Of a stretch of DNA of 64,000 nucleotides, positions 50,876-61,781 are shown one piece after another. The notes under the pieces are model-generated. The model saw nothing but the letters and a program-made list of their open reading frames with translations. It did no database searches and was not told the DNA's origin. Origin of the DNA: a virus (lineage: Duplodnaviria > Caudoviricetes); IMG/VR virus record IMGVR_UViG_3300028833_000141, positions 1 through 64,000 of that record; one strand, written 5' to 3'. Both the position numbers and the translations under genes were made by a program. Within the stretch, counting starts at the first letter, position 1, and each line of letters begins with the position of its first letter.

Positions 50876-52615
50876 TTACTTTTTCACCATCTTCATTTTG
50901 GCAATTGTATCTGCACCAACAATACCATCGGCAGCAATCTTCTGAGCAAGTTGGAAAACTCTTACATATTTATATGTCGTGTCACCAAACAAGCCATCGA
51001 CAACAAGAACCTCTCTTTCAAAATACCAATTGAGATATCTTTGTAAATCTTTGACTCTTGAACTAACTTCACCGTGACTAATCACCATAGTTGTATCAAC
51101 AGAAGATTTATACCTATATACTCGAACAAACTTCTTGTAATCAGAGTCAGTCAGAGTACAGATACTAATAGACTTCTTCCATCTTGAAGAACCCTTTACA
51201 TTATCATCGCCGCCACTTGCCTGAACTATCTTGCCATTACCAATGTATAAAGCGACATGTGTATTACTACAGAGAACATCGCCTTTTTTGAGCTTTGATT
51301 TTGATGGGTGTCCAAGCTTTTTAAATAGAGATGATTTATTATATCCTTCGTTAACAGAGAAACCCCATGAAGAACCTTTTGCGCAAAGTTGAAGGGCAGT
51401 AGGGATGCAACCACCATGCGCCCATGCAGCATGTACAAAGGCATTACAGCAATATGTATGATCATATTCATTGATACCTTTTTTAGAACGACCGCCTTTT
51501 GTAGTATTAGTTCCGCAGAAATAGCAACCATTATGATGGGCATTTGGATTCCATTTTGTGCTATCTGTGCTACCATGTTTATCCGTATAACCGTAATGAA
51601 AATCATTATCTCCGGATATCCACCTCGCCCATCTAACAGCATCATCTATAACTTGTGCGTTATTTTTCTTCAAAACTAAAGTAGGGAATATACCGCTATA
51701 TGGCTTCTTCTCAACAGATGCCGGAGCAGCAATGAAATCCAACGGATCGGATGCTATAGGATCAATTTTATCGAAATTTTTCGCAGCTTTAAGAGAATCT
51801 TCACCGAATATACCATCAGGAGTTATTTTACATTTCTTTTGGAATGCCTTAACTGCAACTCTCGTCTTATCGCCAAACTCACCGTCAACAACAAGACCTG
51901 CGCTTACAGCCCAATTAAGAAATCTCTGTAATTTCTTGACCTGACTGCCTGTATCTCCATGTTTGATATAATTTCTATACTGAGTGCCGTTGCCTGTATA
52001 TCTAAAGATAATTCTTGCTGTGTAGTTTGTATAATTCCTTGTTGCAATCTGTCTATCAACTGCTGTTTTACCGCCAGACCCAGTAGAATCAGTAATTTTT
52101 CCATTACCTCTGTAGTAATAAGTATGAGTATATTTATTGCCTTTAAATTGACACATAATATCCCCAGCTTTCCATTGAGACTGAGGGATATTTTTACCAT
52201 TCTTACCTCTAATTACTACTAAGTCATTCGTCTTGATAAACTTCTTAGCAATCTTTAAAGCTTCTGCATCAGTCTTTGCTGCTATAATTTTTTGTGCTGT
52301 GTCATTAGCGATAACATGGCAGTTACACCAAGTACCTAATCTGCCACCGTGATGCCAAACCGCAAATGCAAAACCAATACAATTCCAACCATGATGCCCT
52401 AAAATAGCTTTAGCCGGATCGTTCGTTTTTGGGTCTTTTGGGTATCCTTTACAAATTGGACATTCTCTTGTCTTTGGGTCACTTGAACGCCAGATTTTAT
52501 ATTTAAAACTATTATCATTAGCAATTTTTGTAGCCCATGCATTCATATCTGCAACTACATCATCATGTGTATAGTGCATTTTAATATCTGGAAAAGTACC
52601 TGTATAATTGCCCAT
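50876..52615 (-). CDS. cell-wall hydrolase: two NlpC/P60-like domains, each followed by a peptidoglycan-binding domain
   Basis: NCIGFAFAVW/HTYYY and CCNAFVHAAW/HVALYIG; VKKLQRFLN...DGEFG and LQRYLN...DGLFG. Confidence 0.75.
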   Translation of the reverse strand: MGNYTGTFPDIKMHYTHDDVVADMNAWATKIANDNSFKYKIWRSSDPKTRECPICKGYPKDPKTNDPAKAILGHHGWNCIGFAFAVWHHGGRLGTWCNCHVIANDTAQKIIAAKTDAEALKIAKKFIKTNDLVVIRGKNGKNIPQSQWKAGDIMCQFKGNKYTHTYYYRGNGKITDSTGSGGKTAVDRQIATRNYTNYTARIIFRYTGNGTQYRNYIKHGDTGSQVKKLQRFLNWAVSAGLVVDGEFGDKTRVAVKAFQKKCKITPDGIFGEDSLKAAKNFDKIDPIASDPLDFIAAPASVEKKPYSGIFPTLVLKKNNAQVIDDAVRWARWISGDNDFHYGYTDKHGSTDSTKWNPNAHHNGCYFCGTNTTKGGRSKKGINEYDHTYCCNAFVHAAWAHGGCIPTALQLCAKGSSWGFSVNEGYNKSSLFKKLGHPSKSKLKKGDVLCSNTHVALYIGNGKIVQASGGDDNVKGSSRWKKSISICTLTDSDYKKFVRVYRYKSSVDTTMVISHGEVSSRVKDLQRYLNWYFEREVLVVDGLFGDTTYKYVRVFQLAQKIAADGIVGADTIAKMKMVKK

Positions 52616-52727
52616 AGCATCCTCCTTTCATAAAATTTGCTATCAATACTTTTACGAATTTATTTATTGTATTTTTTTTACAGCACTCTTATGAGTGCAT
52701 AATTACGATTAATGTATATAACTCGGA

Positions 52728-54188
52728 TTATTTATCCCAATACGAGATATAACAATGATCCATGTCAACATTACCCTTAATCCCCTTAACTGATCCTTTT
52801 GATGTATATTGCCATATACCAAAGAGGGAAGGGGTTTTATGTGTAATCCTTGTGTTATGCTGTGCAAGCCATAATGGTCTATCAGAATATTTATCAGCAA
52901 TTTTTGTAAGGTAATTATTAAACCATGTGAGACTTGCATAAACTCCTGGCTTACCACCAAGTTCGTCTATCTTCTTGATAAATGCATCTGCCACAGTATT
53001 TGCATACTTTCCAAGTCCATCAGCTTCAAGATCAATATATAAAGGCATATCATAATCGTATTTCTTTGCAGCATCAAATAATCTTGTAGCTTCTTTCTCG
53101 GCTTGTGCCTTTGTCTTTGCACGACTATATATGTAACAACCAACATGCAGTCCTTGTTTTAACGCGCCCTTCATGTTAGTATCAAAATAAGAATCGAGTT
53201 CGTCACCATCCGCATAACGAATAATAGCTCCATCGATTCCGTCTGCTTTTACTTTTTTCCAATCAATTTTCTTTTGCCAATAAGAAACATCAATCACTTT
53301 ATAAACTGATTTCTTCTTACTTGATGTAGCAGTCTTTTTATCAGTTGTTTTTGTTTCTTTTTCAGTTTTTGTTTCAGTCTTAGGTTGTTCTGCCTCTTTA
53401 ACAGTAGGTTCTTTAACGGCATATTTTTCTATTAATGTCTTTGCAGCTTTCCTACATCCTGCGCCAAATACACCGTCAGCATTTGGAACTTTATAAGTTG
53501 CTTCAAATATAGAAATAGCCATAACAGTTTTACTACCGCACTCGCTATCAACATCAAGTTTCGCATTGACCGCCCAATTTAAGAATTGCTGTACCTTCTT
53601 TACTTTCTTTCCAGAATCACCATAAACTACATTTGTAGTTGGCAAGCTACCTGTAAATGGGGTAGAAGGTTTATACTTCGTTATTAAGGATTCCTCTCCT
53701 TTATATTTAGGACAAATAAAACCTCTGATATATCTTGCGTTTATCTTCATTGTCCTTATCCCAACGTATCCTGAACCCTTATTTCCTTCAATTACATCGA
53801 ACTCATTACTACCGACTGAAATAACCATGCCTACATGTGAAGCACCGCTTGTATCATCGCCTCTGCCGGAGTCACCCCAATGATAGATAATGACATCACC
53901 GATCTTAGGAATATAAGCATCATTCTCTACCCATATGCCGAGTTTCTTAGCATCATTGATAAGTGTTCCGCAGTTGTAAGACATAGCCATATTCTTCATA
54001 GTCCAACCGCCTTTTAAGAACCATGCAGTAACACTTATCGCACACCATGCGCAACTGTAATTGCCGACTTCGCCATGAGGCTTTAATCCATTAAATGTAT
54101 TTACAAGGTCTCTATGTTTTGAAGAACCTCTCGTTGCACCTTTATATGTCAGTGCAAGACCAACCATTTGCCTTCTTGTATATGCCAT
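52728..54188 (-). CDS. endolysin: CHAP + peptidoglycan-binding + GH25 muramidase
   Basis: AWCAISV, HVGMV, IEGN; VIDVSYWQ, YIDLE, WQYTSKG, VDMD. Confidence 0.85.
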   Translation of the reverse strand: MAYTRRQMVGLALTYKGATRGSSKHRDLVNTFNGLKPHGEVGNYSCAWCAISVTAWFLKGGWTMKNMAMSYNCGTLINDAKKLGIWVENDAYIPKIGDVIIYHWGDSGRGDDTSGASHVGMVISVGSNEFDVIEGNKGSGYVGIRTMKINARYIRGFICPKYKGEESLITKYKPSTPFTGSLPTTNVVYGDSGKKVKKVQQFLNWAVNAKLDVDSECGSKTVMAISIFEATYKVPNADGVFGAGCRKAAKTLIEKYAVKEPTVKEAEQPKTETKTEKETKTTDKKTATSSKKKSVYKVIDVSYWQKKIDWKKVKADGIDGAIIRYADGDELDSYFDTNMKGALKQGLHVGCYIYSRAKTKAQAEKEATRLFDAAKKYDYDMPLYIDLEADGLGKYANTVADAFIKKIDELGGKPGVYASLTWFNNYLTKIADKYSDRPLWLAQHNTRITHKTPSLFGIWQYTSKGSVKGIKGNVDMDHCYISYWDK

Positions 54189-54442
54189 TAGTCTGCCTCC
54201 GTATCACAAGGCATCGGTTTAACCCCATGCATTGGCTTGTTATATTTCATCGAAGAAATAAACAGTATAATGTTAAGGATTAAAACTGACACCACAATAA
54301 ATCCAACAATCTGTTCTCCATATGGAAAACCCTTAAATGTACTAAGGGCAAAATATAAAGTACCGATTGTAGGCAAAATCATCGTTGCAATTATGTTTAA
54401 AATGTTATAAATCTTGTTTGTAAGCATATAGTTATCCTCCAA
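54188..54442 (-). CDS. holin (Dp-1/r1t-like)
   Basis: NKIYNIL...LPTIGTLYFAL...FPYGEQIVG. Confidence 0.7.
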   Translation of the reverse strand: MEDNYMLTNKIYNILNIIATMILPTIGTLYFALSTFKGFPYGEQIVGFIVVSVLILNIILFISSMKYNKPMHGVKPMPCDTEAD

Positions 54443-54486
54443 TAAAAATAATTTGTTTGCCTTACCAATCAGATTTACGGTAAAAA

Positions 54487-54523
54487 AATAAGGGTTGGAC
54501 TCAGAACGAGCCTAACCCTTATT
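54487..54523 (-). terminator. intrinsic terminator after the tail tube gene
   Basis: 16-bp stem AATAAGGGTTAGGCTC / GAGTCCAACCCTTATT plus T tract. Confidence 0.75.
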
Positions 54524-54538
54524 CTTAAAATCTAATGC

Positions 54539-55288
54539 TTAATCTTCTGTAACTTCGATCATATCAAGAACATTGCCATCGGCATCTTCCATAAGATCAA
54601 AAGTCAGAGTTACAGATGCAGGATCGCCCTCAGAACTGAATGAAAGTTCAAAGTTTCTCTGAATCGTAGCTTTATAAGCTGTCATAATAAACGGAGTCAG
54701 AACACCTTCCTCATCCTTATCAACAGTTTTCATAGTAATGAAGTAATCTCTTGGCAGCTTAGTATTGTTAAATGAAATCTTCTTAACATTTGAAGATTTA
54801 GTAACAATATAACCAACCTTATACTTACTGTTCGCAACTATATCGCCAGCAGTAGTTGCGGTAAATACGCCCTCTGCGAACGAACCTTTGATAACTGCGG
54901 ATTCATCACCAAATGAATCAACAGGATATGCGAATACTGTACCAGCCTGAATTGTTTCGCCTGTTGCAGCAGTAATGCTAAGTTTGCCAGCTTCGGCAGC
55001 AGTAACAACCTTAGTTTCTGCATAAGCAGCAGTTGTATCGATTGTGCCGTCAGACATTAAAGCAAACAGCTTAAATGGGTAAACCTGTGCTTCAATTGTC
55101 ATAGTTCCTTCAACAGGGTTAGGGAAACCGATTTTTCTTGCACCCTTTGCCATAGCATAAACGCTATCAGAACTGAGTCCGGCAGTAGTTGTATTGGCTG
55201 TATCAAAATCCAGAACTGGAGCTTTTGTTTTAAGATCGCGAATATCTACATCGCACACTTGCCTATTAGCCTTATTAAGATCCGGCAT
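54539..55288 (-). CDS. major tail tube protein
   Basis: Position; ANRQVCDV start and NFELSFSSEGDPASVTLTFDLM end; strong RBS. Confidence 0.75.
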   Translation of the reverse strand: MPDLNKANRQVCDVDIRDLKTKAPVLDFDTANTTTAGLSSDSVYAMAKGARKIGFPNPVEGTMTIEAQVYPFKLFALMSDGTIDTTAAYAETKVVTAAEAGKLSITAATGETIQAGTVFAYPVDSFGDESAVIKGSFAEGVFTATTAGDIVANSKYKVGYIVTKSSNVKKISFNNTKLPRDYFITMKTVDKDEEGVLTPFIMTAYKATIQRNFELSFSSEGDPASVTLTFDLMEDADGNVLDMIEVTED

Positions 55289-55300
55289 TTTATTTCCTCC

Positions 55301-56104
55301 TTATTTATCATATTCATTTTTAAACCATACATGTGGATCATATTTATTATCAGAATCACCCCACACCGACACAGTACGAGAATCCATTTCGTCTTTCTTT
55401 GATATTTGTCTACGCTGAAAAGCATCTACTAATTGAAATACCGTTAAATCCCATACATTAATAGGACTAATAGTAGGGTGGTTATTTGATACGGCAGAGA
55501 TAATATTTGGAATAGTATAATTCTTATCAGATTTAACTTTTTCCGCTTCTTCCTGCGCTGCTTTTTCCATTCTTCTGTATAGTTTTTCTGCTAAAGAATT
55601 TTTAAATTTTAGATTTTCCGGTTGTTCACTTTCTTTATAAGCGCAACAAACCTGTTGGATGGCTTCTAATACTTGCTTAAATAAATTTGCATCTGCAACA
55701 ACTCCGCAAATATCATCTTCTGATAACTGAGAAATATCAGATGTATCAGCAGTATTATTAACCCAAATAAAAAATCCTTCTTCTGAGATTACTTTCTCAT
55801 CGAAGAAGAAATTTAATAATCCTAAATAATCTTGCAATAATTCTTCATCCGCAATAACAACATTGAATAAGGATATTTCTTCCTTTTGTTTATCTGTGAA
55901 TGAATCCCATATTTCTTTTCCACCTTCCTTTAATTTTGTGTAAAATAACTTTGGAGTCAATTTAGTGAATGATTCATAAGTCATATATTGTTCATATCCA
56001 ATGGTATGAAATATTTCACCCAAAGTAGGTTTACGCAAAGTACCAATGGACAGCTTGATAGGGTAGGGGGATAATAGTGTTCCATAGGTAAATTTCATTA
56101 CCAA
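55301..56104 (-). CDS. putative tail assembly/structural protein
   Basis: Late operon; WDLTVFQLVDAF chaperone-like motif. Confidence 0.5.
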   Translation of the reverse strand: MVMKFTYGTLLSPYPIKLSIGTLRKPTLGEIFHTIGYEQYMTYESFTKLTPKLFYTKLKEGGKEIWDSFTDKQKEEISLFNVVIADEELLQDYLGLLNFFFDEKVISEEGFFIWVNNTADTSDISQLSEDDICGVVADANLFKQVLEAIQQVCCAYKESEQPENLKFKNSLAEKLYRRMEKAAQEEAEKVKSDKNYTIPNIISAVSNNHPTISPINVWDLTVFQLVDAFQRRQISKKDEMDSRTVSVWGDSDNKYDPHVWFKNEYDK

Positions 56105-56586
56105 AAATTTGGTATGCTCATAACAAGAGCGACACCATAAAATCTTACGGCATTATAGATATTAACGCTGTCCAATGTTAATTCTCCAATACCAAAACTA
56201 TTTGATACTTCTTTATCATTGATTAAAGTTTCAATGATTAGCTCAGACAATATATCAGTTCTATTGCCGTGATAACCATTCAAACTATAGTTATCAAGAA
56301 TATCCCTATGTGATATAGCATAAAGAACAACTTGACATTCTTTTATATTAGATTCAAGCCGAGGAAATGCTACATCATAGAAAATATATGTTCCTGTTTC
56401 TTTGATTGTATCATCTATAAAAAGATGCGATTTGACATGATCTCTAAACGCACCTTGAACTTCTTTGATCGTCATTCCGCTCGTATCACCAAGCAACAAT
56501 TCAACAATTGCTTTATTTTTATATAATGCGGAATGAATTTGTTCTTTGAAGATTCCTTTTTCGTGAATCGAATTCAAAGTAGCCAT
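56098..56586 (-). CDS. putative tail terminator/neck protein
   Basis: Position in the head-tail joining cluster. Confidence 0.5.
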   Translation of the reverse strand: MATLNSIHEKGIFKEQIHSALYKNKAIVELLLGDTSGMTIKEVQGAFRDHVKSHLFIDDTIKETGTYIFYDVAFPRLESNIKECQVVLYAISHRDILDNYSLNGYHGNRTDILSELIIETLINDKEVSNSFGIGELTLDSVNIYNAVRFYGVALVMSIPNFW

Positions 56587-56598
56587 CTATACCGCCTC

Positions 56599-57681
56599 CT
56601 ATATAAAAGCTTTAATTGTGATTGTTTTAGATACGGTTTCATATCCATCAGCACTTAACAGGAGATTGAATGACTTATTGATTAATTTCTTGTCATTTAC
56701 AGATATGCAAATCGAATTATCTTCATATGTAATTTCTAATCTATCTTTAAAATCGCAGTCTATATTCCATGAATATTCAACTTCGATATCATTTCCGTTT
56801 TCATCGTAAAACTTAGCAAGAAATCTTACAGGATCAAGACCATTGTATAAGTCGCAATCATCCGCTATTATTTCAGATAATAAAATAGGATCATCATTTT
56901 GATCCTCTGAAATTTCCTGTATATCTGAACCGCATAACCAATATCCATTACCATTAATTACATAATAGCCATCATCGTCATGCTGTTCATCTTGATACAA
57001 CATCAACTCAACGACTCCGCTATCTTGATAATCATAAATAACGTTATTGACTCTTGTTGTTTTATATGTAAGGACAGGATTATTGGTATCTTTAGAAACA
57101 TTAGAATCAAAACTCTTTTCATAAAGTTTGCATCGTTTATCTATAATAAATCTTTGACCGCTTACAATTTCTAAACTATCTTTATCATCTGGAATAGAAA
57201 CTAAAAGCTGATCCGCACGAATTGTATAATTCCTTGTCATTTCTTCACCGTTATTATATTGTGAAGCATTTATAACATTAGCCCATCTTTGAAGGATATC
57301 ACCATTCGCATTTTGCCAAGTTAATTGAGCATTACAAATAGATAAAATAGATTTTTCATAAACTTTATTATCATCAACAATGCTTACAATAATCCAATAT
57401 CTATTATCGTATTCAACATACATTCCGGCTTTACATGTGCCAATCTGTGTAAGCATCATTCGTGACAAACTTTTAAGTTTTGTATCCTGTACATTATTTT
57501 GAATAATTGCTCTTATAGTATTTATTTCCGATAAATCAGCATTGCATATATTTACATCATCTGCCAAATTGGAATCCAACGCTTCTAAAAAACCTTCTTC
57601 TGCGAAATCATCTAACGCTTCACTTTCAAAACCACTCAGTTGATCATATGGTGATGTCATTAAATACCATTCTTTAGCCAT
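56599..57681 (-). CDS. putative head closure/neck protein
   Basis: Position in the head-tail joining cluster. Confidence 0.5.
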   Translation of the reverse strand: MAKEWYLMTSPYDQLSGFESEALDDFAEEGFLEALDSNLADDVNICNADLSEINTIRAIIQNNVQDTKLKSLSRMMLTQIGTCKAGMYVEYDNRYWIIVSIVDDNKVYEKSILSICNAQLTWQNANGDILQRWANVINASQYNNGEEMTRNYTIRADQLLVSIPDDKDSLEIVSGQRFIIDKRCKLYEKSFDSNVSKDTNNPVLTYKTTRVNNVIYDYQDSGVVELMLYQDEQHDDDGYYVINGNGYWLCGSDIQEISEDQNDDPILLSEIIADDCDLYNGLDPVRFLAKFYDENGNDIEVEYSWNIDCDFKDRLEITYEDNSICISVNDKKLINKSFNLLLSADGYETVSKTITIKAFI

Positions 57682-57692
57682 GACAACACCTC

Positions 57693-58082
57693 CTATACAT
57701 AAGCGGTTGTTTTCTGATTATTTAGCATTTCCGAAGATTTTGAAGAATCATATTCTAATTCATTTCTTGCAGCGACATTTGTATGACCACCGCTATTGAT
57801 ACTGATGTCTTTACCGACTATTGATATTCTTTTATTTACCTTTGACACTTCGCGTTCTTGATAACTCTGTTTCATAAATGCGCCAAGCGTATCTATAACA
57901 TATCTATCTAAATCGTCAGTAAATTCTTGTGATTCTGCGTCAAATTCTAAAGGTTCAATTTCCATTGAGAACCTTCCAATCGCTTTCTTTAGCCATTCAA
58001 GTTCCAATGCTTCTGGAATTTCTTTTTTATCCTGGAATGAAGCTTCAAAGCTATCGTATATCTCTTGTGCTGTTGTAGCCAT
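57693..58082 (-). CDS. putative head-tail adaptor
   Basis: Position; size. Confidence 0.5.
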   Translation of the reverse strand: MATTAQEIYDSFEASFQDKKEIPEALELEWLKKAIGRFSMEIEPLEFDAESQEFTDDLDRYVIDTLGAFMKQSYQEREVSKVNKRISIVGKDISINSGGHTNVAARNELEYDSSKSSEMLNNQKTTAYV

Positions 58083-58099
58083 TCCATCCTCCTAACTTG

Positions 58100-58657
58100 C
58101 TACAGTTTTACGCCAGTATAATTTTCAACAAACCGAATCTTTGAATAATCGTTGAGCTTAAGCTTTTTAATAGATTGAAGCGAAGCATGTTTCTCTGCTC
58201 TTGTAACGATTGCTCTTTTAAAGCTATCTTCAAAGCTGCCTTGATCATCAATTTTGAAAAGTTTCTTAATCAGATCGTCGCTGAATACTTCCTGCTTAAC
58301 TGTTCCATCTAAACTTTCAAAACCAAGTTCTTTTCTTGTTGGAGCATCTTCAATATAATAAGTAGCATGACTGCCTTTGCCATCAAATCCATTAAAGCCT
58401 ACATTGCCGCTCTGTGATTGAGCAATTATTTCGCCTCTTGTAAGTCTGACTGATCCATTCGGAACTATCTGAACATCACCTATTCCTTCAACGATTCTTG
58501 TGAATCCTGTAGCCCACGGTGCAATACTCTTAACCGTGACTTTCTGCTCTAAATTCAGTTCTTCATAAACCTCTTCTTTTGGTGTTTCAACTGTCTGTTC
58601 TGCGACAGGTTCACTTTTTGTCGGCTTGTTATTTTTTTCTGCGTCTGCTTTTGCCAT
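58100..58657 (-). CDS. hypothetical virion-region protein
   Basis: RBS; late operon. Confidence 0.55.
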   Translation of the reverse strand: MAKADAEKNNKPTKSEPVAEQTVETPKEEVYEELNLEQKVTVKSIAPWATGFTRIVEGIGDVQIVPNGSVRLTRGEIIAQSQSGNVGFNGFDGKGSHATYYIEDAPTRKELGFESLDGTVKQEVFSDDLIKKLFKIDDQGSFEDSFKRAIVTRAEKHASLQSIKKLKLNDYSKIRFVENYTGVKL

Positions 58658-58698
58658 CTTTTCTTACCTCATTTCAACTATTTTTAATGTGATTACAA

Positions 58699-58884
58699 CT
58701 AAACCTTATGTTTAACTTCGTTATATAAAATGATTATTTTATCTAACCTTTCTGACTTGGCGAAAACCCAATAGCGATTTCCGGTTAAAGAGTGTTCTTT
58801 TGATGCTTTACACTTTTCGCCAAATGCTCGTAGAAAATGATAAAGGTGTAAAGAATAGCAATAAAAATTATCATTATTACCCAT
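58699..58884 (-). CDS. small hypothetical protein
   Basis: ATG 58884 behind GAGGA; the longer ORF call overlaps a terminator. Confidence 0.5.
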   Translation of the reverse strand: MGNNDNFYCYSLHLYHFLRAFGEKCKASKEHSLTGNRYWVFAKSERLDKIIILYNEVKHKV

Positions 58885-58903
58885 TATCGTTTCCTCATTA
58901 AAA

Positions 58904-58933
58904 CATGGGGCGCATAGATAGATACGCCCCATG
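58904..58933 (-). terminator. intrinsic terminator after the capsid gene
   Basis: CATGGGGCG / CGCCCCATG stem plus T tract. Confidence 0.75.
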
Positions 58934-58967
58934 ATACTAACAATACTTATATTGTTTTAGTTGTGAA

Positions 58968-60068
58968 TTAGTTTAAGCCACCAAGCTGTTCATCGTAGAG
59001 AACACCGATCTCATGCTCACGACCCTTTGCGATATCACAAGCAACCTCAATGTCAAATCTCGTCAGAACCTTACCAGTCTTAACATCATTACCGCTGAAC
59101 GAAGTAAGACCACCACGAGTCCATGTAGCGATAGGGGAGTTAACACCTGTAGGGATAACGAAACCGAGTCCAATAGGGAGAAGAGTTTCAAAGTTATTGC
59201 CAGCAGCATTCTTCTTGAACAGATTATAAGGATTGCTCATCTCAGCGAGAACAGCACCGTTATAAGAAGCAAGAAGTCCTGTAGCAGCAACCTGATTTAT
59301 AATCTCATCAGATACGCCATAGAAGTGAGTGCTATTGAGGTTTCCATCATAGCCAGCCCACGGAGTAAACTGAGAAAGAAGAGCATAATCGCCAACGATT
59401 GAAGGCTTACCGTTTCTTCTAACATTGTTGATAACGCCATCAGCACCAGCCTTTGTAAGACCATTCTGACCTGCGAATATGTACTTAACGCCCTGTGCGC
59501 TATTAATTGCGGCATAAATCCTCTTAATAATCTTAGCCTTTGCGTTGTTCAGAATATCAGTCTGCACCTGTGTAAGCATCTGATTCTCTCTTGACATATC
59601 GCCAACCTGAATCCTTCTGTAATCATTCTGAATACCACCGGAAACAGTAAATGTAGCAACAGGATAAGTAACCTTGTTGAGCATTGTGAACGGTACATCG
59701 CCGCTTGCAGCCTGTTCTCTGGACATCTCATCCGCATAGTTATAAACTTCTCTCTCGATTGTCGTATCATAATCGACATTCTCATAAGAACCGAAGATTC
59801 CGAGAAGATTAAGCTCCTCAACTACAGGTGCTTCGATAACAAAGCGTCTGATTGAATTGAGTTCAGAAATAGCTACAGGATCGTTATTATCTGCACGACT
59901 GCCAAGTTCTTTAATATAGTTAACAGCCTTATCAGCTTTTGCGCCAAATTTATCAAGAGACTCGCCCTTTACCATAGCAGCAAATACCTCAACAACAGGA
60001 GAGGTCTTTGTTATCTTGCTATTCAGTTCGGAATCTCTACGAACATTGTTCATTTCAAAAATATTCAT
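58968..60068 (-). CDS. major capsid protein
   Basis: 366 aa, position after scaffold/decoration genes, strongly biased codon usage, followed by a terminator. Confidence 0.8.
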   Translation of the reverse strand: MNIFEMNNVRRDSELNSKITKTSPVVEVFAAMVKGESLDKFGAKADKAVNYIKELGSRADNNDPVAISELNSIRRFVIEAPVVEELNLLGIFGSYENVDYDTTIEREVYNYADEMSREQAASGDVPFTMLNKVTYPVATFTVSGGIQNDYRRIQVGDMSRENQMLTQVQTDILNNAKAKIIKRIYAAINSAQGVKYIFAGQNGLTKAGADGVINNVRRNGKPSIVGDYALLSQFTPWAGYDGNLNSTHFYGVSDEIINQVAATGLLASYNGAVLAEMSNPYNLFKKNAAGNNFETLLPIGLGFVIPTGVNSPIATWTRGGLTSFSGNDVKTGKVLTRFDIEVACDIAKGREHEIGVLYDEQLGGLN

Positions 60069-60106
60069 TTATTCAAACCTCACTTTCGTAATTCTAATTT
60101 ACAAAA

Positions 60107-60529
60107 TTAAGCTACGAGAATCTTCACTTTAACAGCTTTCTCAGTAAGTTCGCACTTCTCGACAGCCTTGAAATAGAAACCCGAATTAGGTGCTTCGGCT
60201 GCGATAGCAAGTTTACCGTTGCTGATAGTGAACAGGGTAGTTCCAGCAGTTATATCGCTATAATCCTCACCAGAACCGTAAGCGATATGCTTCTCATCAA
60301 CTACGAGTTCCTGATTTACCCATGCCGAAAGGTCGAAACCATTAAGGAACTCACCAGCCTTGATTGTTACAGCATCCCTGTAAGAATCATCACCAGTAAG
60401 AGTATTAGCTATCAGATATGTAACACCATCAACGGTGATAAAATCATAAAGAGTTACATTACTTGCAGAAGTGAGAACAGGATTGCTCTTTGCGACTTCT
60501 ATCATGCCTAATGTCTTGCATTTAATCAT
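60107..60529 (-). CDS. capsid decoration protein
   Basis: 140 aa, beta-rich, immediately upstream of the capsid gene. Confidence 0.6.
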   Translation of the reverse strand: MIKCKTLGMIEVAKSNPVLTSASNVTLYDFITVDGVTYLIANTLTGDDSYRDAVTIKAGEFLNGFDLSAWVNQELVVDEKHIAYGSGEDYSDITAGTTLFTISNGKLAIAAEAPNSGFYFKAVEKCELTEKAVKVKILVA

Positions 60530-60554
60530 TTTTAATTTCCTCCTAATCTATTAA

Positions 60555-61740
60555 TTAAAAGATGCTATCATCGGTTTCTGCATTACTCTGAGCGTGCATA
60601 TCCTCAAATATATCTCCGAGGTCTGCTGAATTTTGCTCCGCTGCCTTTGCTTCTGCTTCGGCTTTCGCATTCTTACCGATACCAATAAGGATTGCATCTG
60701 TTACAGAATTTATTTCACTTTCAAGAGGGTTTTCCTTGAACGCTTCTATCTGCTCTTTTGCATATTCCTGTTGCTCAGACGAATACTCAGAAAGTGCAGT
60801 ATCGAGTGAAGCAAGTCTTTCCTTTACTTTTGCTTCTGTAAGCGACTTTTCAAGAAGTCTCTTTTCCTCCCAAAGAGTTTCATATTTCTCATTAAGTTCC
60901 TGATATTCAGCTTTTAATTGATCAAGAGCAGCCTGAATCTCAGATGCGCTTGCTTCAATTTCATTCTTTTCATTTGTTACAGCTTCGACAGCAGCGTTCG
61001 CTTCTGCAATCTTATCTGCACATTCCTGTCTGCATTGTTCCATTTCGGAATTTTGCTCAGAAAGCATTTTTATGGTCTGTTCAACAACAGCCTTTACTTG
61101 ATCTTCATTCATTACGACTAATTCCTCCTTATGTTCGTTAAGTTCAATCAACTTGGCACTATCATCAGCAGGTGTTATGCCGAGAAGAGCATAGCCAGAA
61201 TAGATGAAGTCCATAGGAATACGACCTTGTTCTTTGTAGCCATATTTATACACAATTGCATCATTTTCATTTGTGTGAAGAATCTCGACACTACCATTTG
61301 GGAAAATGCCTTCTTTAATATCTCGGTCTAATTTCTCTACGAAATTGTGATAACAAAGAGCGTCAATTTCACCTTCTCCTATACAGGCGGTAAATGTATT
61401 GCCATTTTCATCTTCGATTTCATCAATAGCCATTGGTAAAAGTCCCTATTTGAACAGCATTCTCAAATATAGGATCACCGTCTATAATATCTGTATATCC
61501 ATGACCGCATAATTCAGTCCTATCTTCATCTAAAAATTCGCAGCGCAAGCTCATACCTTTGATAGTAGGTAAAGCCTTTTCGCAATACTCACGAATCCAA
61601 GTCAAACCATTAAGGTTATACTCAGTACCAACTTCATTCACTTCGTCCACACAAGAGTCGGGAAAGATTGTATGAAGAATCATCTTAAATTTCCTTCTTC
61701 CATTCTTGGTTTTTCTGCTGGAAATCTCAAAAAATTTCAT
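60555..61740 (-). CDS. prohead protease/scaffold, split by an apparent frameshift at about 61425-61433
   Basis: ORF 61423..61752 and ORF 60555..61433 read as one protein (GTFTNGY / IDEIEDENG); C-terminal coiled-coil scaffold. Confidence 0.65.
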
Positions 61741-61781
61741 TCTCCGTTTCACCGCCTTTCGTGTGATGTTTAGAAATAAAA

